Assembly: GCA_963712745.1 (NCBI GenBank)
Contig: CAVQJC010000020.1
Coordinates: 596,467-660,466, forward strand
DNA length: 64,000 bases
Direction: 5' to 3'
DNA from: an uncultured Chloroflexia bacterium
GTDB taxonomy: Bacteria; Chloroflexota; Limnocylindria; Limnocylindrales; CSP1-4
In this document: positions 32,517 to 42,921 of the stretch, piece by piece
Numbering within the stretch: the stretch's first letter is position 1
Layout of the letters: every line of letters begins with the position of its first letter
Notes under the pieces: model-generated
The model's database searches: none
The model's input: only the letters and a program-made list of their open reading frames with translations
Told to the model about the DNA's origin: nothing
Made by a program: the position numbers and the translations under genes

Positions 32517-33917
32517 GTGACCGACGCCCAGGACAGCTTCGACTTCGTCATCATCGGCGCCGGTGCGGCCGGCGAGGCCGCGCTCGAGCTCGCTCGAGAA
32601 GACGGGCACAGCGTCGCCATCATCGACGTTGACCTGTTCGGCGGCTCGTGCGCCTTCTGGGCCTGCATGCCCAGCAAGTCGCTGCTGCACGCAGCGGCGG
32701 TGCACCACGCCGGCGGCGACTACCCCTGGCAGAAGGCGTCCGACTTCCGCGACTGGATGATCAACCGCGAGGGGATCGACTACCCCTCCGACGCGGGCCA
32801 TGAGCAGCGCTATCGAGATGTGGGCGCAGAGCCCATCCGGGGCACCGCCAGGCTCGACGGTCCCGGGGTCGTGCGGGTCGCCCTGCGTGACGGCGGCGAG
32901 CGGGTGCTCCACGGGCGAGACATCATCATCGCGGTCGGCTCGCACTCGCGCATCCCCGACATCGTGGGCCTGGACCAGATCGACTACTGGGACAACCACC
33001 AGGGCACGGCCGCGCGTGAGCTGCCCCGTTCGCTGCTCATCATGGGCGGCGGCCCCACCGGCACAGAGCTGGCCCAGGCCTACGCCCGCTACGGGGTGCC
33101 GGTCACGCTCGTCGACTCCAACCCGCGCATCCTTGCGCGCGACCATGCCCGCAACTCCGAGCTGGTCCAGAAGGGTCTCGAGCGGGACGGCGTGACCGTG
33201 CGCACGGGCGTGCGGGCGGTGCGCGTGGACGCCCGGGCCGGTGCCGACGGGGCCCACCGAGTGACGCTCTCCGACGGCTCGTCGGCCGAGGGTCACGAGG
33301 TCATGGTCTCGATCGGACGCGCCATCCCCTTCGAGGGCCTGGGGCTGGAGACGATCGGCGTCTCGGCCGGGGAACGCATGCCCCGACCCGATGAGCACCT
33401 CCGCATCGCCCCGCACGTCTACGTCGTGGGCGACCCGGCCGGACCGGAGCTGCACACCCACCTCGCGCACTATCAGGGCGAGATGGCCGTACGCATCGCG
33501 CTCGGCGAGCAGGTCACGCCCGACTACCGTGCCATCCCCCGGGCGCTCTACACCGACCCCGAGGCCGCCTCGGTCGGGCTGCTGCTGGAACAGGCGCTCC
33601 ACGCCGGCTACGACGCTTTCGAGGCCACGGCCGACCTGGCCGCCACGGCCAAGGGCTACACCGCCGAGGCCGAAGGCCACATCACCATCGTGGTCGACCG
33701 CGCCACGCGCACGCTGCTCGGCGTGTTCATCGGCGGTCCCGGCGCATCGGAGCTCATCCACGAGGCCGTGCTGGCGGTCAAGCTGCGCGTGCCCCTGGCT
33801 CAGCTGGCCGACACCATCCACGCCTTCCCCACTGCCGCGCGAGTCATGGGCAACCTCTTCGTGCAGGTGCACCGGGAGTTGGAGGGCGTCGCCTGGCCGG
33901 ACCAGACGAAGCAGTAA
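32517..33917 (+). CDS. Class I pyridine nucleotide-disulfide oxidoreductase (dihydrolipoamide dehydrogenase / mercuric reductase-like)
   Basis: IIGAGAAG, GGSCAFWACMPSK (CxxxxC), GGGPTGTE, IHAFPT. Confidence 0.92.
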   Translation: MTDAQDSFDFVIIGAGAAGEAALELAREDGHSVAIIDVDLFGGSCAFWACMPSKSLLHAAAVHHAGGDYPWQKASDFRDWMINREGIDYPSDAGHEQRYRDVGAEPIRGTARLDGPGVVRVALRDGGERVLHGRDIIIAVGSHSRIPDIVGLDQIDYWDNHQGTAARELPRSLLIMGGGPTGTELAQAYARYGVPVTLVDSNPRILARDHARNSELVQKGLERDGVTVRTGVRAVRVDARAGADGAHRVTLSDGSSAEGHEVMVSIGRAIPFEGLGLETIGVSAGERMPRPDEHLRIAPHVYVVGDPAGPELHTHLAHYQGEMAVRIALGEQVTPDYRAIPRALYTDPEAASVGLLLEQALHAGYDAFEATADLAATAKGYTAEAEGHITIVVDRATRTLLGVFIGGPGASELIHEAVLAVKLRVPLAQLADTIHAFPTAARVMGNLFVQVHRELEGVAWPDQTKQ

Positions 33918-34001
33918 CGCCGCCCCCCCGGGGGAATCGTGAACGCAGGACCAGACGCAGCAGTAACGCCGGCCCCCGGGGAATCGTGAACGCCGGACCA
34001 G
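33899..34001. repeat. Two ~48-bp tandem repeats that duplicate the end of the oxidoreductase gene
   Basis: GGACCAGACG(A/C)AGCAGTAACGCCG ... GGGGAATCGTGAACGC at 33899 and 33948. Confidence 0.8.
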
Positions 34002-34021
34002 CTGAGCCTGGTCCGGCGTTC
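33988..34021. terminator. Hairpin between convergent genes
   Basis: GAACGCCGGACCAG-ctgagc-CTGGTCCGGCGTTC, a perfect 14-bp stem. Confidence 0.65.
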
Positions 34022-34039
34022 GTACGGCAGTGGGTTGGG

Positions 34040-34876
34040 CTAGCGAACCCGCACCAGGACGGGCCCCTGCCACTTGGTCTTGTTGCCGCGGCGGTCCTTG
34101 GCGCGGATGCGGAACTTGTGATTGCCGGACGGGAGCATCGTGGTGAGCTCGCGGGCTGTCGTCAGACGGCGGATCCGGGTCCAGTCGCGGGTTCCCTTCT
34201 TCTTGTACTGGACCACGAAGCCCTTCAGTCCGGCGGTGCGGGTAGAGAGCCGTCGGTCCTTGCCCGACCACTTGATGGTCACAGCCTTGCGACCGCCAGC
34301 GCCCGCGACCGTGGCGCCCGTACGGACGCTGGTGATCTTGGCCTTCGGCGCCGTGTGGTCAGGCTGGTTCACGAAGACGATGGTGTAGAGGATCTTGGCT
34401 CCGGCGTTGGCGACGCCAACGCCGACGTAGTTGTAGCTCCGGCTCAACATGGCCGCGCGATGCCCTGGAGAGTCCTTCCACCAGTCGACCATCCAGCGCG
34501 CGCCATCCTGGAGGCCCATGTTCATGGTCCAGCCGATGTTCTCGCCCCAGAACGCGTGCCCGATGCCGCGGCGCCGCAACATCTTGCCCGCGTCGTCGCC
34601 GCTCGGCGAGGTGTGGTCGAAGTAGTGCTTGTCGCGCATGTCGCGCGAGCGGTCACGCGCCACGATCCGCACACCGTCGGCCATGCGCAGGGGCGCGAGG
34701 CCGTTGCGCCCACGCAGCTCGTTCATCTGCTTGAGCACCGTCTGCTCGGCGTCCTTGATCGAGTCGGAAGGCGCGCTGTAACCCATGGTTGCGGCAGGAA
34801 GGAGTGAGATGAGCATCGCCCCCGCAAGCGCTGCCGTCGTCGCTCGGCGGATGGAGATGGGTCGGAATGAGGGCAT
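34040..34876 (-). CDS. Secreted CAP/SCP domain protein with basic C-terminal Fn3-like domain
   Basis: Signal peptide; NELRGRNGLAPL, YFDHTSP, GENI, WKDSPGHRAAML, YVGVG. Confidence 0.9.
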   Translation of the reverse strand: MPSFRPISIRRATTAALAGAMLISLLPAATMGYSAPSDSIKDAEQTVLKQMNELRGRNGLAPLRMADGVRIVARDRSRDMRDKHYFDHTSPSGDDAGKMLRRRGIGHAFWGENIGWTMNMGLQDGARWMVDWWKDSPGHRAAMLSRSYNYVGVGVANAGAKILYTIVFVNQPDHTAPKAKITSVRTGATVAGAGGRKAVTIKWSGKDRRLSTRTAGLKGFVVQYKKKGTRDWTRIRRLTTARELTTMLPSGNHKFRIRAKDRRGNKTKWQGPVLVRVR

Positions 34877-35110
34877 GTCTGCACTCTCCCGATACGCCGG
34901 CCCTCCGACACCCACACACGCGTACCACCGGGGATGCGACTGGCGGGAGTCCTAACCCCTACGGACTACACCAGACCCCACTCGCTGTCCGTTCCGGAGG
35001 TCCGCAAATCTGTGCGAGTGGGTGGGGTTGGGATGGTTCCGCGCGCGCCCGGTGGGGTCCGGGTGCTGGCGGGCCGGAGCGGCCAGGAACGGCGAGGCGG
35101 AAGGATGCAC

Positions 35111-35440
35111 GGCGGCGCTCCCGGAGTCGCGGCCGGTGGCGCCCGGGGCCCGGGGCCCTGGGCGGCGCTCAAGGGTCCGCGGCCGGTGGCGCCCGGGGCC
35201 CGGGGCCCTGGGCGGCGCTCACGGGTCGGCGGCGGCGATGGCCCTGGGCGATCGCGCCACGTGCACCAGTCCGACGTCCGCGGCGGGCGATGGCCCTGGG
35301 CGATCGCGCCACGTGCACCAGTCCGACGTCCGCGGCGGGCGATGGCCCTGGGCGATCGCGCCACGTGCACCAGTCCGACGTCCGCGGCGGGCGATGGCCC
35401 TGGGCGATCGCGCCACGTGCACCAGTCCGACGTCCGCGGC
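35111..35440. repeat. Tandem arrays: 50-bp unit x2 (35111-35220) and 52-bp unit x4 (35232-35440)
   Basis: GGCGGCGCTC at 35111/35161/35211; ATGGCCCTGGGCGATCGCGCCACGTGCACCAGTCCGACGTCCGCGGC at 35238/35290/35342/35394. Confidence 0.95.
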
Positions 35441-35574
35441 AAGCACTTCGGTCTCAGTGACGAGCAGGAGGCCTCGCGACAGTGCCCCGAGAGACCCAGC
35501 CCGCTAGCGGCTTGCATGGCGCGCAAGCGATCGTCACTTCCTTACGGTTGGTGGCAACGAGTGGCGCGCAAGCT

Positions 35575-35903
35575 CGCCACCGCCCCGGTCGCCGCAGATC
35601 GACCGGTCGGACTCGTGCAGCCGGTGCAAGCGCCCGTGCGGACAGCGCCACGCACCGGTCGGACTCGTGCAGACAGCGCCACCGCCCCGGTCGCCGCAGA
35701 TCGACCGGTCGGACTCGTGCAGCCGGTGCAAGCGCCCGTGCGGACAGCGCCACGCACCGGTCGGACTCGTGCAGACAGCGCCACCGCCGGTCGCGAGATC
35801 GACCGGTCGGACTCGTGCAGCCGGTGCAAGCGCCCGTGCGGACAGCGCCACGCACCGGTCGGACTCGTGCAGACGGTGCCACCGCCCCGGTCGGACTCAT
35901 GCG
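35575..35903. repeat. Tandem array of a ~100-bp dimeric unit x3 with a 19-bp core x6 plus one partial
   Basis: ACCGGTCGGACTCGTGCAG at 35602, 35654, 35704, 35756, 35802, 35854; variant at ~35887. Confidence 0.95.
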
Positions 35904-35916
35904 GCCGAAGGTGGGG

Positions 35917-38022
35917 CTAGGAAGCGGCCTCGGTCAGGCCCGGTGTCGGGACCGGGGATGGCGTCGGCGTCGGGTACGGCGCGCGCCCCTCGAGGAGGTT
36001 GGCGATGGGCTCGGCCAGGCGCTCCATGTAGGTGGCGGTGACGTGGTGGTTGTCACGGAAGACCACGATGTCGTCGACCACGACCGGGCAGTTCGCACCC
36101 GGACAGAGCAGCTCGTTGGCTGAGAGCAGGCTGGCGCCGGCAGCATCGGCCGCAGCGGACTCGAGCGCTGCGTAGCCAGCGTCGATGACGATGGCTGCGG
36201 GCGGATCGCAGTTGCTGACATCTTCGTCGGCCAGGCAGTCGACCGGGTCGAAGTTGAGGTAGGGCGTCTCCGCCAGCAGGACCACGCGATCGGCGCTCTC
36301 AGTGAGCTTCTCCAGCAGCTCCGTCAGCTTCTGCTGCCAGTAGCCCATGGCTTCCCGGGTCTGGATCACGCGACCGTTGTCCCACAGCTCGTAGTCGCGC
36401 GTGATACCCACGAACACGACCTCCGGTTGCTGGCTGCGGATGCGGCTGATGAGCGCCTTGCGCCATGCCCCGCACTCCTTGAACTCGCGGCGCACCCGGC
36501 GTTCCCACACGGGCACGTTCGCCACGTTGCAGGCGCCCTTGGTGTGGACCTCCAGCCGCCAGCCCTTCTCGGCCGCATAGGCTGAAAGAGCCGGCATCCA
36601 CTGGGCCCCGTGCGAATCGCCGATGAGCATGGCCAGCTGCTCGCCTTCGGGATCGCCGTAGACACAGCCCTTCTTGACCTTCTTCTCGGACAGGGTGAGC
36701 TGGCAGCCGTCGGCGTAGTGGACGGGCAGGTCCTCACGGACGCCGGCCAGCTCCACGGCCACCGGGTCGGGCCGGATCCAGGGCATGGGGATGTTGCTGG
36801 GCACGGTGATGGCACCGCTCATGACGAGCCCCACCACCCCGACCGCGACCGACGCGCTCAGACCAAGCCGGATGGAGCCGCGCGTGCGCGTGGTGAAGAA
36901 GGCTGCTCGACGGAAGGGCCGCTCGACGATCTCCGTGCTCAGGATGGCCAGGACGAAGGCGACGCCGGCCAGGGCCAGGCGGAGGGTCAGGTCATCGGTA
37001 CCCAGCTGGATGGGGATGAGGATGAGGATCGGCCAGTGCCACAAGTAGAGCGAGTAGCTGACGCGACCGATGTAGCGCGAGATGGGGTTCCCGAGCAGGA
37101 TCCGGCCGAGCAGCGTTCCGCGCGTCCCGCCGACGATGACGAGGACCGTACCGAGTACCGGCAGGACCGCGGCCACGCCCGGGAACGGGGTTTGGGTGGA
37201 GGCGAAGACCCAGGTGAGGACCTCACCTTCAGCGCCAACCTCCTTGAGGACGCCCCCGGCCACGACGCTGACGACGATGAGCAGCAGTCCGATCGCGACC
37301 AGCAGCGGGGCCACGAACGAGGGCACTCGACCGGGCAGGCGCAGGAGCCCGACCGCCACCAGCGCACCGGCGGCGAGCTCCCAGGCCCGAGTCACGGGCG
37401 AGTAGAAGGCCCATGCCGGGTTGGCGTCGGTCCAGTAGAGCGAGAGCGCGAACGAGCCGATCCCGAGTAGCAGCAGGAACAGGCCGATGAAGCGCGGCGA
37501 GAGTACTCGGGTGGCGAGCAGAAGGATCAGCGGCCAGACGAGGTAGAACTGCTCTTCCACGCCCAGCGACCAGTAGTGCAGCAAGGGCGAGGGAGCGTCG
37601 AGCGCGAGGTAGTTCGTGGCTTCGATGGCGAAGCGGAAGTTGGCCACGTAGAGGGCGGCGGCCGCGGCATCCCCCGCGATCTCGGTCAGACGCAGCGGCG
37701 TGACGATAAGCGCGGAAAGGACGAGCGTGACCACGATGACCAGGAGGGCTGCCGGCAGCAGGCGGCGCATCCGTCGCGCGTAGAAGCGGATCAGGTCGAC
37801 CTTGCCGGTCGTCTCCCCTTCTCGCAGCAGCAGTCCCGTGATGAGGAAGCCGGAGATGACATAGAAGATGTCGACGCCGACGAAGCCGCCGTCGAAGAGC
37901 GGGATGCCGACGTGGAACAGCAGCACCGCCAGCACCGCGATCGCGCGCAGGCCCTCGATGTCGGGGCGGAAATGGCCGCGGTCCTTCTCCGTCTGCTCCT
38001 GGCCCGCGGGCGTCCCGGCCAT
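35917..38022 (-). CDS. Acyltransferase-3 + SGNH fusion (OafA/OatA/YrhL-like O-acyltransferase)
   Basis: FRPDIEGLRAIAV, GGFVGVDIFYVISGFLIT, HYWSLGVEEQFY, SYSLYLWHWP, IGDSH, FRDNHH. Confidence 0.95.
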   Translation of the reverse strand: MAGTPAGQEQTEKDRGHFRPDIEGLRAIAVLAVLLFHVGIPLFDGGFVGVDIFYVISGFLITGLLLREGETTGKVDLIRFYARRMRRLLPAALLVIVVTLVLSALIVTPLRLTEIAGDAAAAALYVANFRFAIEATNYLALDAPSPLLHYWSLGVEEQFYLVWPLILLLATRVLSPRFIGLFLLLLGIGSFALSLYWTDANPAWAFYSPVTRAWELAAGALVAVGLLRLPGRVPSFVAPLLVAIGLLLIVVSVVAGGVLKEVGAEGEVLTWVFASTQTPFPGVAAVLPVLGTVLVIVGGTRGTLLGRILLGNPISRYIGRVSYSLYLWHWPILILIPIQLGTDDLTLRLALAGVAFVLAILSTEIVERPFRRAAFFTTRTRGSIRLGLSASVAVGVVGLVMSGAITVPSNIPMPWIRPDPVAVELAGVREDLPVHYADGCQLTLSEKKVKKGCVYGDPEGEQLAMLIGDSHGAQWMPALSAYAAEKGWRLEVHTKGACNVANVPVWERRVRREFKECGAWRKALISRIRSQQPEVVFVGITRDYELWDNGRVIQTREAMGYWQQKLTELLEKLTESADRVVLLAETPYLNFDPVDCLADEDVSNCDPPAAIVIDAGYAALESAAADAAGASLLSANELLCPGANCPVVVDDIVVFRDNHHVTATYMERLAEPIANLLEGRAPYPTPTPSPVPTPGLTEAAS

Positions 38023-38087
38023 GCCCGTTGACCCAGCGACCGAGTAGGGCCCGACCGGCGGGGGCGTCAGGCCCGGTGGCGGGGGCG

Positions 38088-38717
38088 TCAGCCCGGCGGC
38101 GGGGGCGTTGGCGGCGGTCCGCTGTACGACGACTGACCGAGCGGACTGGTGTAGCCCGCGTCGTCCGGGGGCGGACCGGGCAGCTGCTGGAACTCGCGCG
38201 GCGGCTGGTATTCGCTGGGACTCGGCTGGTAGTCCGGTGGCAGCTGGGTCGCTGGGATGTCGTAGGCGCCCGCCCCGGCCGGCGGGATCTCGTAGGCGTC
38301 GGACCCGGGGGGCGGGATCTCCGGCGGAGCCTCGTACTGGGGGTGTGGCAGGAAGTCCGGGCGCGACTCGATGGCCGGTGCGGGCTGAGGGGCGGAGAAC
38401 GTCGGTTCGGGAGCCGGTGGCGGAGGCACGGCGATTTCGGGCGGGGGCGGGACGGGTTCGGGCGGGGGCGGGGGCGCCGCCGGCTCCGCCGCGGCTGGAG
38501 GTGGCACCGGCTCCGGCGCAGGGGCCCGCGGTGGCTCGGGCGCGGGGGCCCGCGGCGGCGGTACAGGCTTCCCGGGAGGAACAGTTTCAGGCGCGCTTGC
38601 ACCGGGCGGAAGGTCCGCGCTCGGCCAGGCGACATCGCTCGGCGGCTTGGGCTTGGCCGACGCCCGCGCCAGGTCCTCGCTCGGCCACTCCAGATCAGGC
38701 CGCTGGTCGTCGGTCAT
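38088..38717 (-). CDS. Proline-rich hypothetical protein
   Basis: Low-complexity P/A/E-rich ORF with GC3-biased codons, co-oriented with the acyltransferase; 3' end may be frameshifted. Confidence 0.55.
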   Translation of the reverse strand: MTDDQRPDLEWPSEDLARASAKPKPPSDVAWPSADLPPGASAPETVPPGKPVPPPRAPAPEPPRAPAPEPVPPPAAAEPAAPPPPPEPVPPPPEIAVPPPPAPEPTFSAPQPAPAIESRPDFLPHPQYEAPPEIPPPGSDAYEIPPAGAGAYDIPATQLPPDYQPSPSEYQPPREFQQLPGPPPDDAGYTSPLGQSSYSGPPPTPPPPG

Positions 38718-38964
38718 CGAGCGGCTACGGCGGCTGGGCGGGGGCACAGTGAGACGTCACTGGGCAGGCAGTCCATACGGAGAAAGGCTCGGACAACAGC
38801 CGCTCGTTGGGAATGGGACGTTCGGTACAGTACTGCCGACACGATGCCCAGGCCGAGGGCGGCGCCCCGGGTCACGGGCGTCGTCAGCGGGCGCCATCGG
38901 TTGCCAGCGGGCGCCATGATGAGCGTGCAGATACCCGCAGGGCGCGGGTCGGGACGCGCAGGAG

Positions 38965-39699
38965 ATGACGATGGCCGAGACACCCACCGACGCCGAACCG
39001 TTCAGCGGCTTCGAGCCCGACGCTCTGCAGTTCCTTGCGGACTTGGCGGCCAACAACGACCGCGACTGGTTCAAGCCGCGCAAGCCCGACTTCGAACGGC
39101 TCGTCAAGCGGCCCATGGAAGCGCTGTGCGTGGCCCTGGCCAAACGCTTCGACGACCTGCGCCTGCCTCTCGAGGCCGACCCGAGGCGCTCACCCTTCCG
39201 CATCTACCGGGATGTGCGCTTCTCCAAGGACAAGTCCCCCTACAAGACGGCCCAGGGTGCGGAGTTCCCCTGGATCGACTCCCGCGACGACATCGAGCGG
39301 CCGCACGGTGCGGTCGGGGGCTACTTCCACCTGGAGCCCGGGAACATCTTCGTGGGCGGCGGGATGTGGCACCCGGAGCGGGCGCGGTTGGCGGCCTTCC
39401 GCGAGAAACTCGACCGCGACCCCAGCGCCGTGTTCCGGGCCATCGAGGACGAACGCTTCAGCTCGGTGTTCGGCTCGGTCACCGGAGACTCGCTCTCGCG
39501 CAATCCGAAGGGCTTCCCGCCCGACCACCCTTACAGCCACCTGCTCCGGTTCAAGGACGTGGTCTTCAGCCGCCCGATGTCAGACCGCGAGGTGTTCTCG
39601 GCCAAGCTGCCCGACATCATCGCCCACGATCTCGACGCCGCCCGGCCGGTGCTGCTCTTCCTCGACAAGCTAGCCGGCGCGCCGGCACACCAGGAGTAG
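38965..39699 (+). CDS. DUF2461 family protein
   Basis: FLADLAANNDRDWF, FRIYRDVRFSKDKSPYK, GYFHLEPG, GGMWHP. Confidence 0.93.
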   Translation: MTMAETPTDAEPFSGFEPDALQFLADLAANNDRDWFKPRKPDFERLVKRPMEALCVALAKRFDDLRLPLEADPRRSPFRIYRDVRFSKDKSPYKTAQGAEFPWIDSRDDIERPHGAVGGYFHLEPGNIFVGGGMWHPERARLAAFREKLDRDPSAVFRAIEDERFSSVFGSVTGDSLSRNPKGFPPDHPYSHLLRFKDVVFSRPMSDREVFSAKLPDIIAHDLDAARPVLLFLDKLAGAPAHQE

Positions 39700-39713
39700 G
39701 GGCCCGGCTACAG

Positions 39714-41276
39714 CTATCGCTCCGCGCTCAGCCTCCGCCCGGCGGCCAGCACGTCGTCGACGAGCATCTCCACGTGCTCGCGGTCGTTGCGCGGGTTGAT
39801 GTAGCAGGCCCGGATGGCGAAGGCGCCGTCGACGTTGGTGCTCGAGGGCAGTGAGCGGCCTTCACGACGCAGCTCGGCGAGGATGTCCGCGTTGAGCTGA
39901 TCAATCGCGGCCGCATCGTCCCAGCCGGCCGGCCGATAGCGGAAGCAGGCGATCGACAGCTGCGGCTCTGAGAGCAGCTCCAGCTCCTCCTCGGCACGGG
40001 CCCTGGACGCGACCATGCGGGCGAAGTCGTTGTGGCGGCGCACGCGCTCGCGCATCCCTTCCGCCCCGATCTCCTTGAGCACGGCCCACACGCTGATGCC
40101 GCGGGTGGGCGTGGAGAAGTCGACCCCCCAGTCCGGCGTGCCGTCACCCAGGGCACCCCACGGTGATTCGGCATCACCCACGGGGTCGGCCACCTGGTTG
40201 CGTTCGCGGTCGTAGGCGCCCGGCTCGATGGTGAAGGCGCGGCTCAGCAGTTCGCCATCGCGACAGATGGCCAAGCCGGTGCCGACCGGTGCGGCCAGCC
40301 ACTTGTGCGGGTCCACCGCGAACGAGTCGTACAGCGCGCGGTCTCCGAAAGCCGGCTCCACCCGCTCATCGAGCATGCCCCAGCCTCCGTACGCACCGTC
40401 GACATGGAACCAGACGTCGTGCTCACGGGCTATCTCCGCCATCTGCGGCAGCAGGTCCACGATGCCGGTGTTCACGTCGCCGGCGTTGCCCACGATGGCG
40501 ATGGGCGTGCGGCCGGCCGCGACATCCTCGCGAATGAACGACTCCAGTTGACGCAGGTCCGCCCGGCGGCCCGGGTCAAGGCCTACCGATCGCAGATGCC
40601 GACGCCCCAGGCCGAGAACACCCATGGCCCGCGTGACCACGTGATGCGTTTCGGGGCTGGCGTAGACGCGTGGCTCGGGCAGAGCTCCGATGCCCTCGAG
40701 CGCAGCGTCGATGCCGAGCTTCTCCGCCGCATGCTGGCGGGCAGCACCGAGACCCACCAGGTTGGCCGTCGAGCCGCCGGAGGTGAAGGTGCCCACGAAC
40801 GAGGCCGGGAACCCCAACAGCTCGATCAACCAGCGCACGGCCATGGTGTCGAGGTGGTTGCCAGGCTGCAGCCACCAGCGTTGCGGGCTGGCCACGGCTG
40901 AGGCGAGGTGTCCTGCGGCGGACGTGGTCGAGGGCGCGGTCGTGACCCAGGAGGTGAAGCCCGGGTGCCCCACGCGCAGACCGCGCGGGATGACCACCTC
41001 GCGCAGCAGCTCCAGCACCTTTTCGGCACCGGCGCCACGCTCGGGCAGCGGCTCGTCGAGCAGCGGCATCCACTCGGAGCGGATCGACGAGCGGTCCGGG
41101 CCCTCGAAGCGGTTGAAGGCCTCGAGCGCGGGCAGGATAGAGGTCACGGCCTCGTCCAGTCGGTCGGTCCGGGCCACGTCGGGTTGGCCGGCGGGGCGAT
41201 CGGGTGCGAGGGGCTGGAAATGGTCGGGGTCGACAGCCGGTCGGGCAGCCTGGAGGCGGTCAGATGTATCGGTCAT
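39714..41276 (-). CDS. PLP-dependent group II (aromatic amino acid / glutamate) decarboxylase
   Basis: TSGGSTAN, AGDVNTG, WFHVDGAYGG, DPHKWL (PLP lysine). Confidence 0.93.
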   Translation of the reverse strand: MTDTSDRLQAARPAVDPDHFQPLAPDRPAGQPDVARTDRLDEAVTSILPALEAFNRFEGPDRSSIRSEWMPLLDEPLPERGAGAEKVLELLREVVIPRGLRVGHPGFTSWVTTAPSTTSAAGHLASAVASPQRWWLQPGNHLDTMAVRWLIELLGFPASFVGTFTSGGSTANLVGLGAARQHAAEKLGIDAALEGIGALPEPRVYASPETHHVVTRAMGVLGLGRRHLRSVGLDPGRRADLRQLESFIREDVAAGRTPIAIVGNAGDVNTGIVDLLPQMAEIAREHDVWFHVDGAYGGWGMLDERVEPAFGDRALYDSFAVDPHKWLAAPVGTGLAICRDGELLSRAFTIEPGAYDRERNQVADPVGDAESPWGALGDGTPDWGVDFSTPTRGISVWAVLKEIGAEGMRERVRRHNDFARMVASRARAEEELELLSEPQLSIACFRYRPAGWDDAAAIDQLNADILAELRREGRSLPSSTNVDGAFAIRACYINPRNDREHVEMLVDDVLAAGRRLSAER

Positions 41277-41329
41277 GGCCCGGGGATTGTAGGCGTCGCC
41301 AGGCCGGGCGGACCGGGTAGGCTTGCTCG

Positions 41330-42509
41330 ATGGAAGAGACCGCCATCCCGATCCTCGAACTCGGGCTGGTGTTCCTGGCCGCGGCCGTGTTCGGGTTCAT
41401 CGCCCGGCGTTTCGGGTTGCCCGCGGTCATCGGCTATCTGATGGTCGGCCTGGTCGCCTTCCAACTACTGCCGGAGGGAAGCAAGCCCGACCAGGAGCAG
41501 GTGCGCCTGCTGGCCGATGTGGGCGTGGTGCTCCTGCTTTTCGAGGTCGGCATCGAGCTCGACGTTGGCCGGCTCCGGCGCGAGCATCGATCCCTGCTCG
41601 CGGCCTCGCCCCTGCAGGTCGCTCACTACCACCATCGCGGCAGGCGCGGTGCTGGCAGTGCTGGGGCAGCCGCTGGAGGTCGCGCTCGTGCTGGGCCTGT
41701 GCGTGGCCATGTCTTCGTCGGTGGTGGTCGTCAACATCACCCGTTCGATCTCGCGGCGCACCAACAAGCCCACGGAGATGTCGCTGCTGGGCTGGAGCCT
41801 GCTGCAGGACCTGACCGGCGTCATCCTGGGCGCGTTCCTGCTGGCGATCTGGAACGCCGAGGAGCGGGACCCCATCGAGGCCCTGGTCGGCCTGGGCATC
41901 TTCTCGCTGCTCGCGGTGGTGGCCGCGCGGTTGTTCCCCGCTGTCCTGGGCCGACTGCGCGCGTTCCCCGACCTCTTCCTGCTCGTGTCGATCGCCAGCG
42001 GCCTCATCGGCGCGGGCATCGGCGCGGTCGTGTTCGGCATCCCGCTCGCCCTGGCGGCATTCGTGGCCGGCCTCGTCATCGCCGACAGCCCCATGGCTGG
42101 AGAGGCACGGCGGCGGTTGCTGCCCTTCCGCGACGTCTTCGCGGTGCTCTTCTTCGTGTCGGTCGGCTCGCTGCTGGATCCGGACGCGCTCCTGGGCGGT
42201 CTCGGGTGGCTGTTTGCCTTCGTTGCCCTCATGATCGTGGCCAAGACCGGCGTCATCTACGTCTTCTCCACCATCGGCGGGCTGGAGCGTCCGTCGCAGA
42301 TCGCCACCGGCCTGAGCCAGCTCGGTGAGTTCTCCTTCGTGCTGGTGTCGGTGCTGTTCGCGGCCGGCGACGTCTCACCCGAGCTGTACGCGGGCCTGCT
42401 GGCGGCCATCACGGTGACCATCGGTGCTTCGGCCATCGCGGTGCGCGCGCCGGTCGCCGGCTGGGTCCGCGGCGCCGACGAGCACCAGGAGGCCCCCTCC
42501 CCGACCTAG
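41330..42509 (+). CDS. CPA2 cation:proton antiporter (YbaL/Kef-like); frameshift near 41625
   Basis: LPAVIGYL, GVVLLLFEVGIE, MSSSVVVV, LLQDL, PFRDVFAVLFFVSVG, QLGEFSFV. Confidence 0.9.
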
Positions 42510-42551
42510 TCAGGTCGGTACTCATCAGCCGTATGCGGCCGCGAGTCCGGC

Positions 42552-42668
42552 GTTCGGGGTTCGGGGCTGCTGGTCCGGGGTTGCCGGTCCGGGGCTCCTG
42601 GTCCGGGGTTGCCGGTCCGGGGCTGCCGGTCCGGGGCTGCCGGTCCGGGGCTGCTGGTCCGGGGTTGC
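42552..42668. repeat. Short tandem repeats (14-15 bp GGTCCGGGG(C/T)TGC(C/T))
   Basis: About 7-8 imperfect copies visible. Confidence 0.85.
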
Positions 42669-42820
42669 TCACCGGGCGAGCGATCTCGACGAGCCTGCGG
42701 CCCAGCTCGCCGATTCTGCTCGTCGAGGGAGCAGTGCTGACAGTCCTGCTCGTGGGATGAGCGGGGCGTGCGATCCCGGCTGCGAGGTGGTCAAGATCGC
42801 TCCCGGGGTGAGCAGCACCG

Positions 42821-42921
42821 TACGGCGGAGCGCTGCACCCACACAGCGGAGTGCTGCACCCATACGGCGGAGCGCTGCACCCATACGGCGGAGCGCAGCA
42901 CCGTCCAGCGGAGCGCTGCAC
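42821..42921. repeat. 21-bp tandem repeats (TACGGCGGAGCGCTGCACCCA consensus) x5
   Basis: GCGGAG(C/T)GC(T/A)GCAC recurs at ~21-bp spacing. Confidence 0.85.

Noticed and set aside
35111-35903. CRISPR array
   Set aside because: The sequences between the repeated cores are themselves repeated rather than unique spacers, and there are no cas genes in the window.
34934-35920. 328-aa repeat protein spanning the tandem arrays
   Set aside because: The 50- and 52-bp periods are not multiples of three, and the translations are Arg/Pro/Gly-rich in all frames; probably non-coding.
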